IMG/VR virus record: IMGVR_UViG_3300044684_000224
Coordinates: 14,820-78,819 of that record
DNA: 64,000 nucleotides
Strand: one strand, 5' to 3'
Source of the DNA: a virus
The notes beneath the pieces were generated by a model. It was not told the DNA's origin, made no database searches, and worked only from the letters and a program-made list of their open reading frames with translations. Positions 39,035 through 50,322 of this stretch are shown one piece after another. Positions within the stretch are counted from its first letter, which is position 1; every line of letters starts with the position of its first letter. Made by a program: the position numbers and the translations under genes.

Positions 39035-40359
39035 CCGACGACCCGACCATTGCCCTGGCCCGCGAGGACGAGGAGCGCTACCTGCTGGGCCTGCTGCTGC
39101 CCGTCACGCTGCACACGCTGCGCGAGCGGGCACTGGACCAGGTCTCGCCCGAGCACTTCGGCTCCGGCCACTACGGCGGCATCTGGGCGGCCGCCCAGCG
39201 GCTGCGGGCCAACGACCGGCCGATCAACCGCCGCAACCTGGTTGCCGAGTGCGGCACCGAGGCGGGCGGGTCGCGGGTGCCGCAACTGCTGGACCAGTTG
39301 GTCGGCTACATCCCGCCGCAGCACGAGTTCGCCCGGGTCGTGCGGGACGTGGTCACCGCGGGGAAGTTGCGCATGCTCGTCGGGGCGTGCGTGCGGGCGA
39401 TGCAGCGGGCGATGACGGCGGAGGATTTCGGGCAGGCGTACAGCGTGGCGCTGGAGGAGTTGGAGCGGTTGGCCGAGCAGGACGAGGGCGACGACCTGGT
39501 GCCGATCGGGCGCATCGTCGCCGAGTTGGGTGAGCGGTTCAAGGCAGGGCCGGGGAACCGGGCGATCCCGTCGCCGTGGCCGGACTTCAACGAGCGCGGC
39601 GCCGGCGGCTTCCACCGCGGCCGGCTCTACGTCATCGGCGCCAGGCCGGGGGACGGGAAGTCCATCGCGGCGCACCAGGCGGCGGCGCACGCGGCCGAGT
39701 GTGGCCAGCATGCCGTGATCTTCTCGATGGAGATGGGTCGCCACGAGGTGGGCGACCGGCTGCTGGCCAACGGCAGCCGGGAGCTGGACGAGCGCGGCAA
39801 GCTCGGCCCAGGGATCGACCTGGGCGAGATCACGGCGATGCGGCTGTCGGCGGACTCGTGGCGCCGCTACGGCGAGTTCGCCGACAGGACGCAGGGCTGG
39901 CCGCTGTGGGTGGTGGACCGCGGCGGGCAGACGGTCGAGTCCATCAAGTCGACCTGCCGGATGATGAAACGTCGCCGCGGGCTGGACATGGTGTGCGTGG
40001 ACTACCTCCAACTGCTGTCGATCGAGAGCATCAAGTCCCGCGAGCAGCAGGTGTCGGAGATAGCCCGCCAGTTCAAGAACTTGTCGCGGGAACTGGAGTG
40101 CGCGGTGCTGTTGCCCAGTCAGCTCAACCGCAACAGTGTGCACCGCGGTAAGCCGTCGCTGGCCGACCTGCGCGAGTCTGGCGGTATCGAGGCGCACGCC
40201 GATGTGGTGGTGCTGTTGTCCCGTGGCGTGTTTCCCGACGACCACGGGCAGGCGGGCCTGTATGACGGCACGATCGACCTGGATGTGGCGAAGAACCGGT
40301 TCGGGCCTGTCGGCTCGATCAACCTGCCGTGGCGAGGTTGCTATGCGTCCATCGGATGA
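39031..40359 (+). CDS. dnaB: Replicative DNA helicase (DnaB-like)
   Basis: GARPGDGKS, FSMEM, VCVDYLQL, SQLNR, LRESGGIE.HADVV, KNRFGP. Confidence 0.95.
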   Translation: MTDDPTIALAREDEERYLLGLLLPVTLHTLRERALDQVSPEHFGSGHYGGIWAAAQRLRANDRPINRRNLVAECGTEAGGSRVPQLLDQLVGYIPPQHEFARVVRDVVTAGKLRMLVGACVRAMQRAMTAEDFGQAYSVALEELERLAEQDEGDDLVPIGRIVAELGERFKAGPGNRAIPSPWPDFNERGAGGFHRGRLYVIGARPGDGKSIAAHQAAAHAAECGQHAVIFSMEMGRHEVGDRLLANGSRELDERGKLGPGIDLGEITAMRLSADSWRRYGEFADRTQGWPLWVVDRGGQTVESIKSTCRMMKRRRGLDMVCVDYLQLLSIESIKSREQQVSEIARQFKNLSRELECAVLLPSQLNRNSVHRGKPSLADLRESGGIEAHADVVVLLSRGVFPDDHGQAGLYDGTIDLDVAKNRFGPVGSINLPWRGCYASIG

Positions 40360-40593
40360 CGGCCGGCTACCGCAGCATTTGGACCCGGCACGGGCGACCG
40401 CGCTGGACCGTCTGCGGTATCCGTGGGTGCACGACCCGCAGTGGCAGTCACCGCACCAGAAGGCGCACGGCCACGACTACATGGGCGGCCCGGTGGACGC
40501 GAAGACCGGCGCGTGCCGGCTCTGTCCAGATGCGCCGGACTACCTACGTAAGAGCATCGAGACTGATCCTGCGACGTGCGAGGGGGAACGGCT

Positions 40594-41577
40594 GTGACAC
40601 TGAACGTAAGACCTGTTGACATGGTCGAACTACGCGCCGAGTTGATGCAGGACGTATCCAATCGGGGTGCGGAAAGGTACCGGCGCATCATCATCGCAAA
40701 CGGAGGGCACCCGCTGGTCTCTACGAAGGACCCAGCGAAGGCTGGGCTCGCTATGGCGGACGCGGAATATCAACGTCTCAGTATGTCCGAGCTTTACCAT
40801 GTCAGTGCAGACATGGTCGATCTTGCGGTTATCGCGGAGCGGTCCCTTCCTGGGTTCAGGTTCGTACCGGAGGATCTGCCGTCACATTTCGGGTTCTTGT
40901 ATTTTGATAAGCCAATTGAGTGGGATATTGACTCAAGTTCGGAGGCTGTAGTACGGAGAAGCTCCGTCGTCGCAGTATCGTGGGGGATATTGGGGAAAGC
41001 ACCGCAAGTCGACGTACATCCGGGCGCCGATGTCTGGATCAGTTGGTACGCCGACGCTCACGAATTCTTCTATCGTGAATTCAACGCTGGTCGGTTTCCT
41101 GGGGTATCCGCGAGAGAGGCAGAGTTGGCACGGCTAGGCCCACGTCTCGAGTTGGCCCATGAAACTACTATGTGGTTCGGCGATACAATAGAGGCCGAAG
41201 AATACGAACAGGTACGCAGTAATAGTACGACTATCGAACTATTAGGAATACTGAAGACGGTCTGGTTGTTGATGGGCCAGTCGCTGGCATCGGCGGAACA
41301 GGCCAAGTACGACCGCCCATCTCTGCGACGACTGAAACGCGCCAGCCGTGAGCCGGCACCAGTGCGAGTCATAACCCTGCGGCGTCAGCCAGCGGACACA
41401 GGAAGCCATGACAGCGACCGCGAGTACCACCACCAGTGGGTGGTCCGCGGCCACTGGCGCAAGCAGTGGTACCCGAGCGTGAATGACCACAGGCCAGTGT
41501 GGATAGCGCCGCACATCAAAGGCCCGGAAGGCGCTCCGCTGCTCGGTGGCGAACGCGTCTACTCGCTCAAGAGATGA
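40594..41577 (+). CDS. Conserved phage hypothetical protein, lower-GC
   Basis: C-terminal WVVRGHWRKQWYPS..WIAPHIKGP motif; AT-richer codons in the central part. Confidence 0.75.
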   Translation: MTLNVRPVDMVELRAELMQDVSNRGAERYRRIIIANGGHPLVSTKDPAKAGLAMADAEYQRLSMSELYHVSADMVDLAVIAERSLPGFRFVPEDLPSHFGFLYFDKPIEWDIDSSSEAVVRRSSVVAVSWGILGKAPQVDVHPGADVWISWYADAHEFFYREFNAGRFPGVSAREAELARLGPRLELAHETTMWFGDTIEAEEYEQVRSNSTTIELLGILKTVWLLMGQSLASAEQAKYDRPSLRRLKRASREPAPVRVITLRRQPADTGSHDSDREYHHQWVVRGHWRKQWYPSVNDHRPVWIAPHIKGPEGAPLLGGERVYSLKR

Positions 41578-41613
41578 GCCTGTCCGCCCACGAACCCACC
41601 CAGGAGCCCCAGG

Positions 41614-42027
41614 ATGCCTGAACGGATACAGCGCAGACGTACCAAGGGCTGGCGCATGCCCGAAGGCGCGATCTATGTCGGCCGGCCGACGCCATGGGGA
41701 AGCCCGTTCTACATCGGCCAGTACGGCGACGCACGGAACTGGCTCGGCTGGTACGCCACCACGCAATCCGACACCGAGCACTTCCACACCAAGGACGAAG
41801 CGCTCGCCCGCACGGTCGAGGTCTACCGCGAATGGACCGCAGGGGCCGACGGGTTTCCCACCTCCTACGTGATCGACGGACACACCTACTCGCGACGCTG
41901 GGTGCTGGCCAACCTCGACCAGTTGCGCGGAAAGGACCTGGCCTGCTGGTGCCGGGTCGGCCAGCCTTGTCACGCCGACCGCCTACTTGAGCTCGCCAAC
42001 CCGCCATTGGAGCCCAGTGATGCCTGA
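41614..42027 (+). CDS. DUF4326 domain protein
   Basis: IYVGRPTPWGSPF..LRGKDLACWC..PCHADRL. Confidence 0.9.
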   Translation: MPERIQRRRTKGWRMPEGAIYVGRPTPWGSPFYIGQYGDARNWLGWYATTQSDTEHFHTKDEALARTVEVYREWTAGADGFPTSYVIDGHTYSRRWVLANLDQLRGKDLACWCRVGQPCHADRLLELANPPLEPSDA

Positions 42028-42352
42028 CTACGCCATCGGAGCCGTTGAGTCCAGCACGCCGAAGGCTGTCCGCGAGGCGCTGTGCGCCGCTCAGTCCGCG
42101 CTTACCGAACGCGCGGAACGCGGCGTCGATGTGGACCGCGTTCCGGTGTGGATCGGCCACCTCCAGAGGTTGATCGACGCCATCGACACGGCCGTCGAGT
42201 GGGGTGTCCGGCAGGAACCCGGAGTCACCCAGTTCGACGACCAGGAAACGGCGACCATCATGGCCATCCCGATGCGGTACCCGTTCTCGACCGAGGTCGT
42301 CTGGCGGATTGTGACGCCGTGGCTGGCGCTGCCCGCTGACGAGCAGCCATGA
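42020..42352 (+). CDS. Hypothetical protein
   Basis: Coupled ORF. Confidence 0.55.
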   Translation: MPDYAIGAVESSTPKAVREALCAAQSALTERAERGVDVDRVPVWIGHLQRLIDAIDTAVEWGVRQEPGVTQFDDQETATIMAIPMRYPFSTEVVWRIVTPWLALPADEQP

Positions 42353-42444
42353 CCCGTATCCCCGCGCATCTGGACCACCTGCCGACGTGGCGCGGCCTGC
42401 CGGTGCCGTACCAGTCCCATGCACTCAGCGGAGAGAGACTTTGA
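42349..42444 (+). pseudogene. Orphaned N-terminal fragment homologous to the gene at 42899
   Basis: MTRIPAHLDHLPTWRGLPVPY versus MNIPEHLKGRPTERRGLVIPY. Confidence 0.55.
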
Positions 42445-42902
42445 TGACCAAACCGAGCCCGTCGCTGCTGGAGCGCCTGATGCTGCGATCAATCCAGCAA
42501 GGTGGCTGCCTGGTCTGGACGGCCGCCACCAACGCCAACGGTTATGGAGTCATATCCATTGGTGGCCGCGCCCACTTAGTGCACCGCGTGGCCTGGGTCG
42601 AACGGCACGGGCCGATTGCTGACGGTATATGCGTTCTGCACCACTGCGACAACCCGCCATGTTTTTCCGATTCTTGCCTGTTTCTCGGCACGCGCACTGA
42701 TAACAACGCAGACAAGGTAGCGAAGGGGCGTGCCCGTGGCGGTCGGTGGCACGCTGAGTTGACGCATTGCCCGGCGGGGCACGGGTACACGGAAGAGAAT
42801 ACGTATCGGGATGCGAAGGGCTGGCGCAAGTGTAAGACCTGTGTTCTCGCGCAACAGCGTAGATACCGCCTCAGGCGCCTCCGTGAGAGAACTGCCTCAT
42901 GA
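42444..42902 (+). CDS. HNH homing endonuclease
   Basis: CLVWTAATNANGYG..VHRVAW..VLHHCDNPPC..LFLGTRTDNNAD..THCPAGH. Confidence 0.9.
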   Translation: MTKPSPSLLERLMLRSIQQGGCLVWTAATNANGYGVISIGGRAHLVHRVAWVERHGPIADGICVLHHCDNPPCFSDSCLFLGTRTDNNADKVAKGRARGGRWHAELTHCPAGHGYTEENTYRDAKGWRKCKTCVLAQQRRYRLRRLRERTAS

Positions 42903-43471
42903 ATATCCCCGAGCATCTCAAGGGGCGACCCACGGAGCGGCGCGGTCTCGTGATTCCCTACATCAACCGCCGCGGCACGGGTGAGCGCGAGGACGACTGG
43001 TCCATCCGGTTCGACCGGACACTGGGCCGGGTCGCGGCGTTCATGGCCGACGAGCCGGACGCGCCGCCGGACTTCACGCACCAGTGCATCCAACGCCAGC
43101 GGGAGTGCGTGCTGCGCGGGCTGTGCCAGGTGTGCGAGCGGCCGCTGGACTGGTCGGACCGCCGACTCGTGGTTTCCTCGGTGTCGATCGAGACGGTGGA
43201 AGTCGAGGGACGTCGGGTGCCGGTGCTGACGGAGCCGTGGCTGTGCCCGGGATGCGCGCGGTTCGCCGTGCAGACGTGCCCGGCGCTGATTCGTCGTAGC
43301 CGGGACGAGGGCCTGTGTGTCGTGGCCGTCTCGAAGCCGGCGGACTGTCGGATCGTGTTGTCCTCCGGCTGGCTGGAGGGCCGCTACGAGGCGGCGACGA
43401 AGGCGCATCCGGTGGCGATGTGGGCGAAGATCCTCGTTCTCAACGGGACGGTGGTGGACAACGATGGGTGA
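42899..43471 (+). CDS. Cys-rich hypothetical protein
   Basis: RQRECVLRGLCQVC..EPWLCPGCARFAVQTCP. Confidence 0.7.
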   Translation: MNIPEHLKGRPTERRGLVIPYINRRGTGEREDDWSIRFDRTLGRVAAFMADEPDAPPDFTHQCIQRQRECVLRGLCQVCERPLDWSDRRLVVSSVSIETVEVEGRRVPVLTEPWLCPGCARFAVQTCPALIRRSRDEGLCVVAVSKPADCRIVLSSGWLEGRYEAATKAHPVAMWAKILVLNGTVVDNDG

Positions 43472-44174
43472 GCCGTACTACCGCGACGACCACGCGACCC
43501 TCTACCTCGGTGATTGCCGGGACGTGCTGCCGGACCTCGCTCCCGTGGACCTCGTGCTGACCGACCCGCCCTACGGGGTCACCTACGAGAGCAACCACGC
43601 CATCGGGCGAACGGCGAACACCAACAACCGGATCAGCAACGACGGAACACGTTTGTCCCTGGCGCTGTACCGGTCGGTGCTGCCGTTGCTCCGGGCGAAT
43701 CACGTGCTGTGGGCGACCCGCTGGGACGCATGGCCGGACGTGTGGGCTCTCCTGGGTCAGTACTGGCCGCTGCGGGGGCTTCTCGTGTGGGACAAGGGCA
43801 GCCCGGGGATGGGGGACCTGAACCACTGGGGGCCGTCCTACGAGCTGTACGCGTCGGCCGGGTATGGCAAGACGGTCGGTAGCCGGGACCAGAGCGTGCT
43901 GCGGTTCCCCAAGGTCAGTTCGACGCGGCGGCACCACCCGACCGAGAAGCCGCTGCCGCTGCTGACTTACCTGATCGGCAAACTCGATCCGTCGTCGCTG
44001 CTGGACCCGTTCGCCGGCTCGGGCACGGCGCTGGTGGCGGCGAAGAACCTGAAGGTCCCGGCCATCGGCGTCGAGTTGGATGAGCGGTACTGCGAGGTGG
44101 CGGCGAAGCGGTTGGCCGGCGTCGACCCGCGCGCCGATGAATCCAGCCCGGACCTTTTCGAGGTGATCACATGA
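43464..44174 (+). CDS. Orphan N6/N4 DNA methyltransferase (beta class)
   Basis: LYLGDCRDVL, LVLTDPPYG, HPTEKP, LDPFAGSGT, GVELDERYC; no cognate restriction gene seen. Confidence 0.93.
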   Translation: MGEPYYRDDHATLYLGDCRDVLPDLAPVDLVLTDPPYGVTYESNHAIGRTANTNNRISNDGTRLSLALYRSVLPLLRANHVLWATRWDAWPDVWALLGQYWPLRGLLVWDKGSPGMGDLNHWGPSYELYASAGYGKTVGSRDQSVLRFPKVSSTRRHHPTEKPLPLLTYLIGKLDPSSLLDPFAGSGTALVAAKNLKVPAIGVELDERYCEVAAKRLAGVDPRADESSPDLFEVIT

Positions 44175-47100
44175 CCGGCTCGATGGTCCTGCCGAACCCG
44201 GACTGCCCGAACAGCGCGGCGCATGAGTTGCGACCCAAGGGCTACCTGGCGCATTCGGCGTGGGCTGACGAGATGGCCGAGACCCACGAGCAGCAGCAGT
44301 GCCCGGAGTGCAGCCTGTGGGTCATCTGGGTGCCGAAACAACCCGACGCAGCGCCAACTGTCGGCGCTGCCCACGAACCCAAGGAGACGAACGAATGAAC
44401 GACCGACCGAGCCTCGACGACCAGATGGCGGACGCGGTCCGCAACCAACGCGAGCACGTCCGCGCGTCGATGGCCGTGGACCGGCGCGGCTGGACGCGGC
44501 AGCAGTGGATCGACGACGCACGCCGCCTGATGCACGACCTCGACGGCAGTGTCCTGGCACTGGTGAACGGTCACGTGATGGCGTTGCTCGACGAGGTCGG
44601 CGACCGCACGCCCCGTAGCGTCGCAACGCAGCCTGCGAAGCGGTACGCGCTGGTTCAGGACGACGACTGCCACTGGTACGTGGTCGAAGCCGACCGGGTC
44701 GACGAGTGGTACGAGCTGGACGACGACCAGATCAACGCCGGGCAGCCATGGATGCGGCAGGTCGGCGGAGCACCGAACCAGGTGACGTTCACCGACCCGC
44801 TGATCTTCGGGAAGCCCTTCGTGCAGGACGAGCCCGGGGAGACGGAATGAGCTACGACAACGGCCGAGGACTCGGCACATGGCATGGATCGGAAACGGCA
44901 CCCGATGTGCGCGTCGGTCAGATCTGGGCCGACAACGACTGGCGCAGCAAGGGCCGCACGCTGCGTGTCGACGAGGTCAAGCACAGCTCGCGGATGGGCA
45001 AGCAGGTCGCGGTGTGCACGATCCTCACCAACGCCGATCGGGTGCAGGCCGAGGTCGATCGAGGCAGTCCGTGGGTGAAGGATCGTCGAGGCAAGACCAC
45101 GGAGGTCGGCGTGGAGCGCATGAAGCCAACGTCCACCGGCTACCGCCTCGTTCAGGATGTGCACGAGGAGGCAAAGGCGTGAGCGCCGACGAGATCGAAC
45201 AGCGCCGAGTGAGACGTCCGGCCCGTGGTGTCTACGCGGCCGGTCTGCTGCTGAGTTTGCTCACCTGTCTGGGCATCATCGGCTGGCTCGTCGGGGTCGC
45301 TGTCCACGACAGTCACAACGACGCGACGTGGCTCATCTTCCCGGCGCTGTTCGCGGCGATCGGCTGTGTCCGGCGCCTGGGCTGGCTGGCCGGCATCCAC
45401 GAGGACGACTGATGACCGCTGAGATCGCCGTAGAGCCTCCGAAGCTCACCGCCGCGGACCTACGTCGGGCAGACCGCGAACGCGAAGCGGCAGCCAAGCG
45501 AGCCGTCGCTGTGGCTGCCCCGGAGCGTGGTGGTCTGCACCCGGACCCGCTGAGGACCACGTTCGCCCAGCCGCCGTTGGTCGACTGTCTCGACTGCGAC
45601 CGCCGCAAGATCGCCGCGTGGCTGTTGGGTGGACGGTTCGACTCGACCCGGTGCACACACGGAGGGACGACGACATGAGCACCCGGTGGCATCCGCTTGG
45701 CGCGAAGATGAGCTTCGAGCGCCCCGAGGTCGGCGCGCTGATCGCGTACGACCACGCCGCGTATCGGGTGATCGAGGTCAACGAGCCACCTGAGGATCTG
45801 TGGTCGGACGAAGAACGCATCGCGGTGGCGGCGGGCAGTCGTAGCCGCCCCTACGTGGCCGTGGTGCGCCCGGTGTCCATCGGGGGCGACGACCCGCGTG
45901 CGCGTGATCACGATCTCCACCTGGGCGCGCGGCGTGCCCTGACCCAGTGGTGGATCTACCCGACCGAGCACTACCCGGTGTGCGCGACCTGTCATGAGCC
46001 GTTGCCCTGTCGCGAGGTCAGCGCGACGGAGCAAGCCCGGCAGGCCATCGAGCACATGGGCCGGTTCGAGTCCCCGAACGTCTGCCCGGCATGCGAAGGG
46101 CTGATTACAATCGGACAGCGCCGGCAGACGTTCAACATCAACCTGGAGATCCCCGGCGGCCCGCCGGTGACCTTCCATCTTCGACAGAAGTGCTTCCCCT
46201 CGGCGTACCGATACGAGATGCGGCTACGGAAGGCATTCCCAGAGGCCGAGCCGCTGCTGTGCGGGGGCCTGTGGCGCGACACCGCGTGCGACCACGGGCC
46301 GGCCGGATGCACCAGTGACGACTGTCCAGGTTCGGGCGCGGTGCACGGGGAGCGCGGCTGCCACTACTGCCCGAAGCCCCAGCGTCGGCGGCGCGCGACG
46401 AGCGGCCAGTGTCGCCATTGCAGCCGTCCGGTGCGCCGGGACGACACCCGCAGTGGCCTGTGGGTCCATGTCGGCACTGATCTGCCGCGGTGCGCAGGCG
46501 CGGATGCGGTGGCCATGCCGAGAGGAATCCAGCCGTGACCGCCCCGCTGCCTCCGAATGTCCGTCCCGGCTACCGATGGGTGCGGCGTACCGAGGACAAG
46601 CCGCACCGGTGTCCTGAATGCCATGCCGTGGCGACATGGGACCGCAAGCACGCCGGTCCACGGACGCGCCTACGGTGCCCGCGCTCGTGCGGCGTCCAGT
46701 GGCGTTACGGGGCGCGCATTGAGCGTCGCGGGCGGTGGATGAAGGAGTTCTTCCGGACGTATGGAGGTTCCGATGCCTGACCTGTCACCGCTGCCGGGTG
46801 TCCGTCCCGGCCAGATCTGGGACGAGGTCCAGCCGAAACGCCGAGCCAAGGCGCACCGCTGGACGGTGTTCGCCGTGGATCACATGTTTGTCGTGCTGAG
46901 GAGGGGAACGGTGCCGGACGTGGTGGCCCGACAGACGTTCCGCGATGGCTTTGAGCAGCGCTACCGGCTGGTGTCCGAGCCCGCTCCGATGGATGTGGGT
47001 TACCTGAGCCTGCCGGCCGAGGTGCAGCAGGAGACCGAGAGGGGAGAGCAATGACCGACCACCTGAACGGCACGCAAACGGATCGCGGCTTTACGCGCTA

Positions 47101-49108
47101 TCCGCCGTTGCCAAATGTGTACGGCGGCCATGTCCGCGTGTACGAGTCCTCATCGGCCAGTGGTCCGCACGTGTGGTTGCAAGCCACCGCGCCGCAGAAC
47201 GCGAATAATCCAACGGGCGTGCTGATGGACGACGTAGCTGTTCTGCTGACTGCCGAGGATGCGTGGCGGCTATCGGAGCAGATTCAGGTGCTCGTCCGTA
47301 ACCACTATCAAGGCGACGCTCGGCCGCCGTGGGCCATCGGTAGCGACGAGGCGAACGCCGATGACTGAGTCGCCATTGCTGACCGTGTGGCACATCTGCC
47401 CGTCCGGCATCCGTTCGTCGTGGGTGCCGGACTACAGCGCCGACAAGCCCGACCGCTGCCCGTGCTGCGGCGCTGAGTTCGTCTACACGACGGACGGCTG
47501 GGTCCAACTCGACGAGAGGACAGGAGGGCAGGAGTGACCGAACAAGCCGCCGAGCGCTCCGACCGGGACATGCGCCGGGAGATCGTGCTGCGCGAGATCA
47601 ACCAAGGCGCCCTGGCCGGCATGCAGTCCCAGATCACCGAGGAAGCAGCGGACCTGGTGCTCGACGCCCTGGACCGCTACGACCGGTGGAAGGCGCTGCG
47701 GGACGAGATGCTGGCCGCACGTGCGGAGGTGCTGGCCGACCATCCCGAGGTTGAGACAGCAGCCGAACTGGCCGCGTTCCTGCCCGCACATTTCCAGTCT
47801 GCGTACTGGGACTGGCAACTGGGCAACTACTTCGCCGCCGAGGAGGCGTTCGATGCCTGAGTCCGTCACTGAGTGGGCTCTGCGCTGGCCCGCTGGTTTC
47901 GTGAAGCCCTGCGCCAACGAGCAGGAGGCCCGGGACGCTCTGGCGTTGATGCGGGACAACCCGGTCCTGGTGCGGCGCACGGTGACCAGCACGGAATGGG
48001 AGGAGGTGGCCGGTGATGGGTGAGTCGTTCACCGAGTGGGGTGTCCGCTGGGATGGCGGCTTCTGGTCGCCTTCCACGCAGCCCCTCTTTGGCGGCGTGG
48101 TTGACCACGAGGAAGCGGTCCGCGAGTTCGCGAAGGGAATTCCTGCCGACCGGCACCCCGTTGTGGTCTGTCGCACTGTCACGCGCGCGGAGTGGCGGGA
48201 GGTGGCGCGCAGCGAGGACGAATCGCCGGCCCAGTACGACCGCAGGCTGTGTCGTTCGTGCCAGCAGCCGGAATGGCCGACGCACGTAGCCGACGCGCCA
48301 GGCGGCACCGTCAAGCACCCATACGTCGCCCCAGTGGGCACCGATGGCTGACCCAATCCCCGATATCCCGGTGTACGGCGTGGACTTCGGTTCCCGCTGC
48401 CCACTCAGGCCACCGTGCGAGATGTGCACCCGTCCCGGGCGTCCCTGCGGCCAGTGGGAAGGGCTCGACACCGACGAGCCTGACCGCTTCTGCCCGTGCT
48501 GCGGGTGGCAGCGCCGCTACCACTCGGAGGTGGACGTCGATGGGTGAGCAAGCATCCGACCGAGTCGGCGACGAAACCGCAGGTCGCGAAGAATCACCGC
48601 AGACCAACGACCCGACCAGCCTGTCCCCCTCCCCGGCTTCCGTGCTGTTGTCGGTCAACATCGGCACCGACACGCAGACTGCGCTCGCGGACTTTATAGC
48701 CCTCTACGGCGTCTCGCTGACGGAGGCGCTGCGGCGCCTGGTGGCCTACGGGGACTTCGTGGCCAGGGAGATCCATGCCGGGCACCAGGTGCTCGTGAGG
48801 GACGGCGACGAGGTGCGGGAGGTGACCCTGCTGTGACGCCACCTGAAACCTCTGCGTGCCGCAGCCGCGACGCGGTGGCGAACTCGGAGCCCGGTTCGAT
48901 GTGCAACCACTTTCGCTCGCACGATCCTGGAGGACTGACACTGATGGGTTGGATCAAGAATAATCTCGGCAAACCCAAGGCTGATGAGCGGCCGAAAGGA
49001 TCCGATCACACGTATACCTGGTCGGCATGGGGTGACTCGGATCTTGCCTGGCAGGAGGAGCGCACCTGTGCGTGCGGTAACAAACAAACCCGAAACAAGC
49101 GCACTTGA
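44171..49108 (+). CDS. Dense run of small hypothetical genes (starts 44171, 44395, 44847, 45179, 45412, 45675, 46535, 46773, 47051, 47361, 47534, 47853, 48016, 48344, 48540, 48833)
   Basis: Continuous ATGA/GTGA/TGATG coupling with RBSs; no family recognised with confidence. Confidence 0.55.
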
Positions 49109-49165
49109 ATCCACTGAAAATCAGTGTTGAACTGCGATAATGATACCAAGAGACGGGGGAAGTAG

Positions 49166-49621
49166 ATGGGCTGCGACATACACACCTACGTTGAGCGCCA
49201 GAACGCCGATGGCGAATGGGAACGCATCGAAGGCGAGCCATTCGATGTCCGGAGCTACGGCATGTTCGGTTTCCTCGCCAACGTGCGGAACTATTCGGAG
49301 GTGCCGACGATCGCGCTTCCGCGCGGGTTGCCTTCGGATGCGTCGGACTATGTAACGAGCGAGTGGCAGTACTGGCTGAGCGATGGTCACACGCCCTCGT
49401 GGTTGACGGTCGAGGAGTTGAGCGCTTTCGACTACGACGCCGAGTTCGAAGACCTTCGGGTCACTCGTGGCGGCAACGGCGGCTGCACGGCGGAGCCGGG
49501 TGGCGGCGAGATGACCACGTTCCGGGAGTTCTTGGGGCCATCGTTCTTCGACGACCTGACGGTCCTGCAAGCCGCAGCGGCCGAGGGGCCCGTCCGCGTC
49601 GTGTTCTGGTTCGATTGCTGA
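49166..49621 (+). CDS. Conserved phage hypothetical protein
   Basis: MGCDIH..RSYGMFGFLANVRN..RGLPSDAS..HTPSWLTVEEL..RVVFWFD. Confidence 0.8.
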   Translation: MGCDIHTYVERQNADGEWERIEGEPFDVRSYGMFGFLANVRNYSEVPTIALPRGLPSDASDYVTSEWQYWLSDGHTPSWLTVEELSAFDYDAEFEDLRVTRGGNGGCTAEPGGGEMTTFREFLGPSFFDDLTVLQAAAAEGPVRVVFWFDC

Positions 49622-49627
49622 GGGGTG

Positions 49628-50101
49628 ACGATGCCTGACGACGTGTCCGCTCTCCTTGCCGCTATCGCTGAGACCGAACGGATAGCCCGAGAAGCAACGC
49701 CTGGACCCTGGACCGCCTTCCCGCCTGGCGACATCGCCGAGTGGACGGTCTACGGCGAGGGCTGGGCCATCGCGCACGCCGCACAGTACGGCAGTGAGTG
49801 CATGCACAACGAGGCAACGAAGCTGCGCATGCCCGCGACTGTGGTTGAACATGCGAACGCGAACGCCGCTCACATCGCCCTTCAGGACCCTGCCTCCACC
49901 CTGCTGCGCTGCGAGGTAGACCGGGAGATCGTGGAGCTACACGCGCCGCACGGTGAGTGGCGTGGCGACGATATGCAGCGGATCTGTGTCACGTGCGGAC
50001 GTGGCCATCCAGACGGCGGGTGGGTGGAAGGCTTCTGGCCATGCGACACCATCCGCGCTCTGGCCCGCTTCTACCGTGTGGAGGTGTCCGATGGCGGATA
50101 A
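49628..50101 (+). CDS. DUF6221-related / Ead-like protein
   Basis: AREATPGPW..NAAHIALQDPASTLLRCE..WPCDTIRALA. Confidence 0.6.
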   Translation, partial: TMPDDVSALLAAIAETERIAREATPGPWTAFPPGDIAEWTVYGEGWAIAHAAQYGSECMHNEATKLRMPATVVEHANANAAHIALQDPASTLLRCEVDREIVELHAPHGEWRGDDMQRICVTCGRGHPDGGWVEGFWPCDTIRALARFYRVEVSDGG

Positions 50102-50322
50102 GGCAAGCCGCGCGATCTGGCGGGAACTGGGAGCGCCGAGTCGGTGGAAGCTGCACCGGCCACGCTTCTACCGCTACCGCGTTGCCGAAGCGGGCATCGG
50201 CGTGAGGTGGAACAAGTACTCCGATCACGCGCCGATCGGCGTTGCGGTGACCATCGGCCGGTTCGCCTACTGCGTCAAGTGGGCCAGTCTGAAAACCAGA
50301 CGCCATGATCCGGTGATGTCCG

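Noticed and set aside
39031-39041. GTGACCGACGA at the dnaB start matches the end of the spacer 5 reverse complement
   Set aside because: Only 11 of 38 nt; a common Val/Met-Thr-Asp start sequence, not self-targeting.
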